A DNA stretch of 64,000 nucleotides from Dehalococcoidia bacterium (GTDB lineage Bacteria > Chloroflexota > Dehalococcoidia > Bin125), in assembly GCA_963663235.2 (NCBI GenBank), contig CAXXNO010000006.1:192001-256000 (forward strand). The letters are read 5' to 3'. Below, piece after piece: positions 19,740 to 27,499 of the stretch (position 1 is the first letter of the stretch; each line of letters opens with the position of its first letter). The notes under the pieces are model-generated. The model saw only the letters and a list, made by a program, of their open reading frames with translations, had not been told where the DNA came from and ran no database searches. Made by a program: the position numbers and the translations under genes.

Positions 19740-20993
19740 ATGACGACGGGCGAGATCGACGCCACGACGCCGAAGTCATTGCGGGACAAGTACGCGATCA
19801 TCGGCGTGGGCGAGACGCCGTTCGTGCGCGGGTCGGGGAAGACGACGCGGGCGCTGGGCACGGAGGCGATTCGCAACGCGATGGCGGACGCGGGGATCGC
19901 CGCGAGCGAGATCGACGGGATGCTGTCGTACTCGATCGGGGACTCGACGCTGTCGCCGTTCATCGCGGGGGATCTGGGGATCCAGCCGAACTTCTACACG
20001 GACATCATCGGCGGGGGGTCGAGCACGGAGGCGTTGATCGGCATCGCGACGGGGGTGATCGAGGCGGGGATGTGCAAGACGGTGTGCATCTTCCGGGCGA
20101 TGAACGGCTTCTCGGTGTCGCGCATCGGGGGAACAGGACGGTCGCCGCGCGTGACCAGCGGCGACGCCCTGCACATGGCTCCGTACGGGATGTTCAGCGC
20201 AGGGCAGCGCTTCGCGTTCTCGTTCATGCGGCATATGCACGACTACGGAACCACGCCCGAGCAGGTGGCGATGGTCAAAGTGATCCACAGCGAGCACGCA
20301 TCGAACAACCCCAAGGCGCTTTACAAGCAGCGGCTCACCGTGGACGACGTGCTGAACAGCCGGATGATCCTCAAACCGCTGCACCTGCTGGACTGCTGCG
20401 TGGAGACGGACAACGGTACGGCGATCATCGTGACCAGCGTGGAGCGGGCGTACGACACCCGGCACAGGCCGGCGCGAATCCTGAGCGTGGCGGGTCGATC
20501 AACGCAGGAACGATCCGACATGCACTTCCAATACGGGCCGATCGCCACCTGGGGCGGGGCGCGACACGGCCGGAAGATCCTGTGGCCGAACGCGGGCGTG
20601 GGGCCGGAAGACGTGGACGTGACCGGCGCCTACGACGCCTTCACGTTCACCACCATGTTTGGCATGGAGGGCTGGGGGATCTGCGAGCAGGGCGAAGGCG
20701 GCGAATACGTGAGCAGCGGGATCATGCGCCTGGGTGGAGCGCGGCCCAACAACACCAGCGGGGGCCACCTCTGCGAGGGGTACACCCACGGCATGAACTT
20801 GGTGATCGAGAACGTGCGGCAGCTGCGCGGCGACGTGGACGACTCCTGTGCGGCCGGGCCGGACGGGCGCCGGGCGCACACGTACGACTACCGCGAGGGC
20901 GGCTGCCGGCAGGTCCGAGACGTTGAAGTCACAGCGAACTTCGGCTGGGCGGGTCCGGTGACCGGCTCCGGCCTGGTGCTGCGGAAGGGTTAG
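19740..20993 (+). CDS. thiolase-like protein (SCP2/Ltp type)
   Basis: AIIGVGET, LLDCCVETD, YDAFT, NTSGGHLCEGY. Confidence 0.9.
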   Translation: MTTGEIDATTPKSLRDKYAIIGVGETPFVRGSGKTTRALGTEAIRNAMADAGIAASEIDGMLSYSIGDSTLSPFIAGDLGIQPNFYTDIIGGGSSTEALIGIATGVIEAGMCKTVCIFRAMNGFSVSRIGGTGRSPRVTSGDALHMAPYGMFSAGQRFAFSFMRHMHDYGTTPEQVAMVKVIHSEHASNNPKALYKQRLTVDDVLNSRMILKPLHLLDCCVETDNGTAIIVTSVERAYDTRHRPARILSVAGRSTQERSDMHFQYGPIATWGGARHGRKILWPNAGVGPEDVDVTGAYDAFTFTTMFGMEGWGICEQGEGGEYVSSGIMRLGGARPNNTSGGHLCEGYTHGMNLVIENVRQLRGDVDDSCAAGPDGRRAHTYDYREGGCRQVRDVEVTANFGWAGPVTGSGLVLRKG

Positions 20994-21131
20994 TTCTCAA
21001 TCGAGCGAGGCTGAGGTTGGCCGGAGGCTTACGCGAGAGGATGCGCCCATACCGCATGAGCGTTCGTGCACAGGCAAAAGATCGAGCGGAGATGCTGAGC
21101 ATCGGTGGTGCGGGATGGTAGAGGTGGACGT

Positions 21132-21653
21132 ATGACGGTTGAGGGCGAATACCTGGGAATGCCGCTGGCGGTCCCGGACAACGACGGCGAGAACCTGGAC
21201 TACTTCCGCCATTGCGCCGGGCACGACTTTCGTTTGCAGCAGTGCGCGTCGTGCAGGCTGTTGCGCTATCCACCGACGACCGCCTGTCCCTGGTGCCAGA
21301 GCGCCGAGGCGGAGTGGACGTCGGTGGAGGGCAAAGGCGAGATCCATTCGTACATGGAGGTTCACCACCCGATCCAACCGGCGTTTCAGGGGCGGACGCC
21401 GTACCTGGTGCTGCTGGTGGAGTTGGACAGGCAGAAGGGACAGCCCACAGAGCACGAGGCCCTGCGCGTGGTGGGAAACCTGGTGACGCCTGACGGGGAG
21501 CTGGCGGCGGCGGACGAAGTGCGGCGGGTGGGGATTGGCAACCGGATGCGGATGGTGTTCGTGGACGTGGGGGAGGGGTTGTCGTTGCCGCAGTGGACGC
21601 TGGACGAATCGGCGAGGCAGCCGAGCGAGCCGTGGCGCTACGCGCAGGAGTAG
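21132..21653 (+). CDS. Zn-ribbon/OB-fold protein (DUF35/ChsH2-like), thiolase partner
   Basis: QQCASC...YPP...CPWC followed by an OB fold; adjacent to the thiolase. Confidence 0.88.
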   Translation: MTVEGEYLGMPLAVPDNDGENLDYFRHCAGHDFRLQQCASCRLLRYPPTTACPWCQSAEAEWTSVEGKGEIHSYMEVHHPIQPAFQGRTPYLVLLVELDRQKGQPTEHEALRVVGNLVTPDGELAAADEVRRVGIGNRMRMVFVDVGEGLSLPQWTLDESARQPSEPWRYAQE

Positions 21654-21663
21654 CGGTGTCGCG

Positions 21664-22077
21664 GTGAGCGGGCGTGTGCGCCTGCCGTTGTTGCTGCTGC
21701 TCGCTCTCGGGATCGTCGCGGCGTCGGCCGGGTGCGGACTGGGCGGGGAGAGAGGCGACATAACGCTGAGCTACGCGGTCGATGAGCGGGTGCCGAGCCT
21801 GCCGATCACGGAGCCGCTGGAGCAGCCGATCCCGGTGGGACGCGAGTTCCTGCTGCGCCTGGAGGTGCCCATGCCGCGCGACGAGGAGATGGTGGTGATA
21901 CGGATATCGAAGCGGGTGGGGGGGAGCTTCTTGCAGAGAGGAGACGTGGAGCGGGCGGTGGAGCCGCCGTGGCGAATAGTGGCGCTGCCGCTGGCGATCA
22001 CGGAGCCAGGAGAGTGGCTGGTGTCGGTGTTTGCGAGCCAGCGGAAGATCACGGACGTCAAGCTCGAGGTGCGGTGA
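21664..22077 (+). CDS. putative lipoprotein
   Basis: Hydrophobic signal ending SAGC lipobox, beta-rich domain. Confidence 0.7.
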   Translation: MSGRVRLPLLLLLALGIVAASAGCGLGGERGDITLSYAVDERVPSLPITEPLEQPIPVGREFLLRLEVPMPRDEEMVVIRISKRVGGSFLQRGDVERAVEPPWRIVALPLAITEPGEWLVSVFASQRKITDVKLEVR

Positions 22078-22133
22078 GGGGCGTGGGACGCTCCGCCGGG
22101 TGCTATCGTTGCGGGCGCTTGGAGGCGAGATAA

Positions 22134-23744
22134 ATGCGGCGGATCGTCGAGGTCGCGGGTGATCTGGGGTTGGGGGAAGACGATCTGGAGCAGTACGGGC
22201 CGTACAAGGCGAAGCTGACCGAGGCAGCGCTGGAGCGGCTGCGGGAAGCGACGCCCGGACGGCTGGTGCTGGTCACAGGGATGACGCCGACCACCGCGGG
22301 CGAAGGGAAGACCACCACCGCGATCGGGCTGACGCAAGGGCTGCGGCTGGGCGGCGCGCGGGCGACGGTGTGCCTGCGAGAGCCATCGGTGGGGCCGGTG
22401 ATGGGGATCAAGGGCGGGGGGACCGGCGGGGGACAGTCGGAAGTGCTGCCGGCGGACGAGATCAACCTGCACTTCACCGGCGACCTGCACGCCGTGACCA
22501 CGGCCAACAACCTCCTCTCCGCGACGCTGGACGCATCGATCTTCCACGGCAACGAACACCGCATCGACGTGCGTCGGGTGACGTGGCGTCGCTGCATGGA
22601 CATGAACGACCGCTCGCTGCGGCACATCGTGGTGGGGCTGGGGGCGCCGGCGGACGGGATTCCGCGGCAGGAGGGCTTCGACATCACCCCAGCGTCAGAG
22701 GTGATGGCGATCCTCTCGGTGGCGCAAGACCTAGAGGACCTGCACCGGCGGCTGCGAGAGGTGATCGTCGGGTACACGCGAGAGTGGGAGCCAGTGCGGT
22801 GCGGGCAGATCGGCGTCGAGGCGGCGATGACCGTGCTGCTGAAGCACGCGATGCGGCCCAACCTAGTCCAAACGAGCGAAGGCGGCCCGGCTCTGGTGCA
22901 CGGCGGCCCGTTCGCCAACATCGCGCTGGGGTGCAACAGCATCAGGGCGACGAAGGTCGCGCTGGCGACGTCGGAGGTGGTGGTGACGGAGGCGGGGTTC
23001 GGCTCCGACCTGGGGGCGGAGAAGTTCTTCAACGTGGTCTCGCGCTTCGGGCAGTTGCAGCCGGAGGCGGCGGTGATCGTCGCGACGGCGCGGGCGCTGA
23101 AGCGGCACGGGGGGCGGCCGGCGAAGGAGCTGGAGGTCGAGGACCTGGGCACGCTCGAGGCGGGGCTGCCCAACCTGGACGCGCACATCGACAACGTGCA
23201 GGGGCACGGGGTTACGCCCGTGGTGGCGGTCAACCGCTTCCCCAGCGACAGCGACGCGGAGATCGCAGCCGTGCTGCGGTACTGTGCGGGTCGCAAGGTG
23301 CTGGCGGCGGAATCGAGGCCGTTCGAGGGCGGAGAGGGATGTTCGGGGCTAGCCGAAGCGGTCGAAACGGCGCTGGCGAACGGCGGCGCCCGGCTACGCC
23401 ACCTCTACGAGCCCGAGCAGCCGATCAAGGCGAAGATCGAGCGGGTGGCGCGCGAGGTCTACGGCGCGAGCGGCGTGGTGTACCAAAGCACGGCGGAGAC
23501 GACGCTGGGGCGGGTGGAGAAGCTGGGCATGGGGTCGATGCCGATCTGCATGGCCAAGACGCAGTACTCGCTATCGGACGACCCGGCGCTGATCGGGCGG
23601 CCGGAGGGGCACGAGCTGCACGTGCGCGAGGTACGGCCATCGGCCGGGGCGGGGTTCGTGGTGATCATCGCCGGCGACATCATGACGATGCCGGGGTTGC
23701 CGCGGGAGCCGGCGGCGACGCGGTTCAGGGTCGACGGCGGGTAG
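22134..23744 (+). CDS. fhs: formate--tetrahydrofolate ligase
   Basis: TPTTAGEGKTTT, INLHFTGDLHA, HGGPFANIA, AKTQYSLSDD, MTMPGLP. Confidence 0.97.
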   Translation: MRRIVEVAGDLGLGEDDLEQYGPYKAKLTEAALERLREATPGRLVLVTGMTPTTAGEGKTTTAIGLTQGLRLGGARATVCLREPSVGPVMGIKGGGTGGGQSEVLPADEINLHFTGDLHAVTTANNLLSATLDASIFHGNEHRIDVRRVTWRRCMDMNDRSLRHIVVGLGAPADGIPRQEGFDITPASEVMAILSVAQDLEDLHRRLREVIVGYTREWEPVRCGQIGVEAAMTVLLKHAMRPNLVQTSEGGPALVHGGPFANIALGCNSIRATKVALATSEVVVTEAGFGSDLGAEKFFNVVSRFGQLQPEAAVIVATARALKRHGGRPAKELEVEDLGTLEAGLPNLDAHIDNVQGHGVTPVVAVNRFPSDSDAEIAAVLRYCAGRKVLAAESRPFEGGEGCSGLAEAVETALANGGARLRHLYEPEQPIKAKIERVAREVYGASGVVYQSTAETTLGRVEKLGMGSMPICMAKTQYSLSDDPALIGRPEGHELHVREVRPSAGAGFVVIIAGDIMTMPGLPREPAATRFRVDGG

Positions 23745-23755
23745 GAGATCGAGCC

Positions 23756-23899
23756 GCCGTTCGTGGTTCGACAGGCTCACCACGAACGGCTGAGGGCTCA
23801 CCCCGAACGGCTGAGGGCTCACCCCGAACGGCTGAGGGCTCACCACGAACGGCTGAGGGCCGACCACGGACGGCTGAGGGTTGGCCACGAACGGCGGAC
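23756..23899. repeat. REP-like palindrome plus about 6 tandem 21-bp copies of its 3' arm
   Basis: GCCGTTCGTGGT...ACCACGAACGGC 12-bp inverted repeat; GGCTCACC(A/C)CGAACGGCTGAG units from 23774. Confidence 0.9.
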
Positions 23900-23902
23900 C
23901 TC

Positions 23903-24085
23903 TCAGCCGGGCGGCGGCGGGATCTCGATGCTGTAGCGGGCGGCGGCTTCCGCGAGCTTCGCCGTGTCGGGCGGTCCGGCGTCGCCGGTCTCAGAAGCGA
24001 GGAGCTTCACCTCCATGCGCGAGCCCATCATCCAGACGGTCTGGCCCTCGCCGCTCTTGCGAGCGACCAGGTGATCGACGGTCAT
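23903..24085 (-). pseudogene. cupin-family gene remnant with apparent internal deletion
   Basis: GEGQTVWMMGSRMEVKLLASETG (cupin-like N-terminus) joined directly to PPDTAKLAEAAARYSIEI (cupin-like C-terminus); no metal-binding core. Confidence 0.55.
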
Positions 24086-24106
24086 GCGATCCCCCGCCTT
24101 TCGTCT

Positions 24107-24949
24107 CTAGGCCTTGGCTTCCGTCTCGATCGGGTGATCGACGGCGTCGCCGTACTCGTGCCAGGAAGCGTCGTAGACGCGGACGTCGTCGTAGCCGAGG
24201 AGCCGGAGGACAAACAGTCCGTGCGCCGCACGGATGCCGCCCTGTCAATAGGTGCTGACGCGCTTGTCCGGGGTGATACCGAGGCCGGTGAGTTGCTTGC
24301 GAATCTCGGCGGGCGGCTTAAGCGTGCGGATCGGGTGGTTGAGGTTGTCCATCCATTCGAGATGGACGGCGGTGGGGATGTGACCGCCGCGCTTGGCGCC
24401 GCGGGCGTTGGCGCCCGTCCACTCGCCGTCGGAGCGGACGTCCCAGAGGATCTCGCCCTGGTTGCCGATGCCTGCGGCGACGTCGTCGATGGTGCAGGAC
24501 CAGTGGTTGTTCTGCGCAGTGGGGGTATAGGTGGTGGGCTTGGGGCGGATGTTTTCGTTGGAGAGAGGGCGCCCGTCTGCGTACCACTGGTCGAGGCCGC
24601 CATCGAGGAGCTTGCAGCCGGCGTGGCCGTAGCGGTCCAGCGTCCACCAGAAGCGGGCGGCGAAGACGCCGCCGGATCCGTCGTAGGCGACGATGGTGTC
24701 ATCGTTGGAGATGCCCATCTTGCCCAGGAGCTCGGCGAACTTGTCGCCCTCGATGCCGAAGATGTCGGTGTCGTTGCCGTCGCCCTTCCAGTAACGGGAG
24801 CGGGCGGCGATGGCTTTGGGGATGTGGAGCCGCTGGTAGGCGGGGAGGAGGTCACAATCGACGACGACGAGGTTGGGGTCGTCGAGGTGGCCGGCGAGCC
24901 AGTCGGTGTCGACCAGGAGTTCGGGGTGGGCCCAGCCGTTGGCGGTCAT
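24107..24949 (-). CDS. two-domain sulfurtransferase (SseA/rhodanese), probable selenoprotein with UGA at the catalytic site
   Basis: [11 protein letters not shown]...GHIP..., then [14 protein letters not shown]...[11 protein letters not shown] continuing in frame to TAG at 24107. Confidence 0.9.
24215..24244 (-). promoter_or_regulatory. candidate bacterial SECIS hairpin
   Basis: UCCGUGC-GGC-GCACGGA stem-loop; loop G follows a 17-nt spacer after the UGA; outer CAG/CUG pairing. Confidence 0.7.
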
Positions 24950-25168
24950 CGTTGCGCTCCTCTCGGCGGAGTGGGACGTGCGCTGATCTGACGGGTGGCG
25001 CTCCTGCGAACACGCCAACCTGCCCTCCCCTTATAGCCGCAACCAGGCCGGCACGTCATCGTTCCGGGTTCGGCCCCGGCGAGGGAACGCCGCTCGAATC
25101 GGCATCGCTCCGGCCCAGCGCCCGGGCAGGACGCCAGCGAAAGCGGCCGAAGGACCGCAGAGGCATCG

Positions 25169-25705
25169 CTAGGGCTCGGGGATCCAGGCCAAGGCGTCCT
25201 CGGAGTGGCCGTTGGAGGGCGGGCAGAAGTGGGGGTCGCCCTCCAACGGCGTATCACAGAGCGGGCACATGGGGCGGCCGGCGGCCACCGTGGCGCCGGT
25301 CTGGACGGCGAAGAGCCGGCCCTGGTCGCGCGAGAAGGAAGCGCGAAGGGTGGGCTGCTCCGGGTCGGGGGCCTCGGCGTCGGTGGCGTAGATGGCCAAC
25401 CGGCGGGCCTTCTCCTCGTAGCCCAGAGCCAAGCGGGCGACGTGGAAATCGAAGGTGGGGTTGAGGGGGAAAACGCCGAGGGGCGGCGCCAGGGGTTTTC
25501 GAGGGGGGTCGTCATCGTGGCGGCGCTGGGCCAGCACCCGCTCAACGGCGGCAGCCAAAGCCTGCACCTGCTCCTTTTCGAGCCAGAGTGAGGCGCTGCC
25601 AGACTCGGTCACGATGCGGATGCGGAAGGTCCGCTGCCCCGGGGCACCGAGGGCCTCCGTCTCCAGGGAGCGGGTGGGGCCGAGGTCATGCTGAGCGTCG
25701 GCCAT
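25169..25705 (-). CDS. DUF3090 family protein
   Basis: ALGAPGQRTF, LEKEQV, AAGRPMCPLC...HFCPPSNGH. Confidence 0.85.
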   Translation of the reverse strand: MADAQHDLGPTRSLETEALGAPGQRTFRIRIVTESGSASLWLEKEQVQALAAAVERVLAQRRHDDDPPRKPLAPPLGVFPLNPTFDFHVARLALGYEEKARRLAIYATDAEAPDPEQPTLRASFSRDQGRLFAVQTGATVAAGRPMCPLCDTPLEGDPHFCPPSNGHSEDALAWIPEP

Positions 25706-25786
25706 AGGGGGCAAGTATAGCCGGGGACCGGCCGACGGCCACCGCCGCGCGGCGGGAAGCGACGCAGGCGCCAGCTTGACCGTTTA

Positions 25787-25815
25787 TTGCAAGTGGGGAA
25801 CAAATGTGCGACGCT
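25787..25815 (+). promoter_or_regulatory. putative promoter containing an imperfect LexA-type box
   Basis: TTGCAA-N17-GACGCT with GAAC-AAAT-GTGC at 25798-25809. Confidence 0.35.
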
Positions 25816-25976
25816 AGCGGGTACCGGCCCAACTTACCCGAGGCGGGCCGGCATCCTCCCCTGGCGGGGTTGTCCCGGTTCTTTCTCCGTTTCTACCGGG
25901 CGGCCCCGCCTCTTCGTGCGAACGGTAAGCCCGCCGCGACGCCGTCGCAACGGAACGCGCGTCCACATCGCGGTTA

Positions 25977-26003
25977 TTTACTCGCGGTTTACGCGCGGTT
26001 TAC
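25977..26003. promoter_or_regulatory. TTTAC x3 with 11-bp period
   Basis: Copies at 25977, 25988 and 25999, two preceded by CGCGG. Confidence 0.35.
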
Positions 26004-26083
26004 GGGGGGCGATCGCATCGCAAAGCCTGGTCCCCGGGCCTGATCTACGGTAGGCGGCGAACGATCATCGCAGCGGAGTCCGC

Positions 26084-26530
26084 ATGCCGTCCGCCGTCTC
26101 AAGCGCCGAACGCAACCTGGCAGCGCGCGCGCACCTGTACGCGTGGCTCAGCATCTTGCCGCTGCTGGGGCTGTTTCCCACGGTCGGTCTCTACAACCGC
26201 TGCAAGGACGGCTCGCCGTGGGTAGCGCAGCAGGCGTTGCAAGCGGTGCTCTTCCAAGTGGTGACGTTCAACGTGCTCCTGGTGGTACTGGCGATCATTG
26301 CGCCGATCGCGCTGGTCGCGTGGAGCACGCGCTACAACGGCGACGCGCTGGCGCTGGCAGTGCTGCTGACCGTGTTGCCGTTCTTCGCGCTGCACTACGT
26401 GGCACAAGGGGTCAGCGCGGTGCGAGCCGCGCGGGCGATCCGGCGTCGGGAAGAGTTTCGCTATCGAGTGATCGGGCGATTAGTGGGAGCGCCGGTGTCG
26501 TCTGATCGCTCGCAAGACGGTGGCGACTGA
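26084..26530 (+). CDS. DUF4870-like membrane protein
   Basis: ERNLAARAHL...SPWVAQQALQAVLFQ...EEFRYRVIG; GGAG RBS. Confidence 0.8.
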   Translation: MPSAVSSAERNLAARAHLYAWLSILPLLGLFPTVGLYNRCKDGSPWVAQQALQAVLFQVVTFNVLLVVLAIIAPIALVAWSTRYNGDALALAVLLTVLPFFALHYVAQGVSAVRAARAIRRREEFRYRVIGRLVGAPVSSDRSQDGGD

Positions 26531-26747
26531 AGGGTTCAAGAACGAACCGCACTGGAACGATCGCAAGTAAACCCGCGGTAAAAGTGTTCGTGCGACGGTT
26601 GACCACATCGGCACCACGAGTGACTCTTAACCATGGTTGTGCCGACCGGACCTACATCGTTCATCTCCCTTTCCCTTGATCACCATGGCGTAGCGACGTC
26701 AGGTGACGCCGATCAGGCGAGTGCGACCGCGCCGAAAGGCTCTTGAG

Positions 26748-27017
26748 ATGACGACATTGACCAGCACCCGTCCCACGAAGTGCATCCACCACTGGGTGGT
26801 CCGGCCACCGGAAGGGGCCACCAGTTGGGCGAACTGCCGCAAGTGCGGACGGCGGCGGCGCTTCAACAACACGTTTGAGGGACGCGACCGCGCGAACAAC
26901 TCGGACATCTTCGTCGAAAACACGACCACGTGGCGGCCCAACTGGCGCACGGAGAGCATTGAACCCCGCGCGCGGGAGGCGTACGAAGCCTCCAAGCTCG
27001 CGGGGGTCAGCGTCTGA
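26748..27017 (+). CDS. small CxHHW/CxxC zinc-binding protein
   Basis: CIHHWVV.PP.G..S...CRKCG....FNN; paralogue at 44160-44351. Confidence 0.8.
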   Translation: MTTLTSTRPTKCIHHWVVRPPEGATSWANCRKCGRRRRFNNTFEGRDRANNSDIFVENTTTWRPNWRTESIEPRAREAYEASKLAGVSV

Positions 27018-27159
27018 CGATCCATCGGCATCACCCGACTTCATTCGTTATCGATCTGAGGGATGGGGGAACGGCGCGTCCGGCGGGCGGCTCCGCATGT
27101 TTGCGGGCCGCCCGCCGTCGCTTCTGGCCCGCGTCCGATCGCTCCGCTAGTATCCGCGC

Positions 27160-27420
27160 ATGAATGAAGAGTCAGCCCGTTCCGACCACGAAGTGCGCCA
27201 TCTTCCGTTTGAAGAGTGGACCGACCTGGATACGCTGATGCATCGGACAGCCGTGACCAGCGGTGACTTCGACTATGTGCTCAGCCCTCTGTGCCCGGAG
27301 TGCGGAATGACGCTGGAGTCTTCGTACAGCGACACGGACGCGGGGGAGTCTGTCTTGGAAGCGTTGATCTGCGAGAGCTGCGCCGTGACGTGGCGGCCGT
27401 CGTCCGCGGAGGAGTCGTAG
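27160..27420 (+). CDS. small acidic zinc-ribbon protein
   Basis: CPECG...CESC...W. Confidence 0.65.
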   Translation: MNEESARSDHEVRHLPFEEWTDLDTLMHRTAVTSGDFDYVLSPLCPECGMTLESSYSDTDAGESVLEALICESCAVTWRPSSAEES

Positions 27421-27452
27421 GTTTGTAGGGGGTTTGTAGAGGGGTTGTAGAG
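27420..27452. repeat. 11-bp direct repeat x3
   Basis: GGTTTGTAGGG GGTTTGTAGAG GGGTTGTAGAG. Confidence 0.7.
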
Positions 27453-27499
27453 ACGGCCGCCGTGATGCGGGGAGCCGTCGCGGCCCATCGGAAGCACTC

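Noticed and set aside
23774-23899. CRISPR array
   Set aside because: Units are contiguous 21-mers with no unique spacers, and there are no cas genes.
24245-24247. Nonsense mutation making the sulfurtransferase a pseudogene
   Set aside because: The stop is UGA exactly at the catalytic Cys position, downstream coding is intact and a SECIS-like hairpin follows; read-through is the better explanation, though unproven.
22370-24991. 873 aa ORF and other long alternative-frame ORFs (34498-36879, 59206-61275, 29184-30881)
   Set aside because: Shadow ORFs of high-GC coding sequence that overlap well-supported genes and have no motifs.
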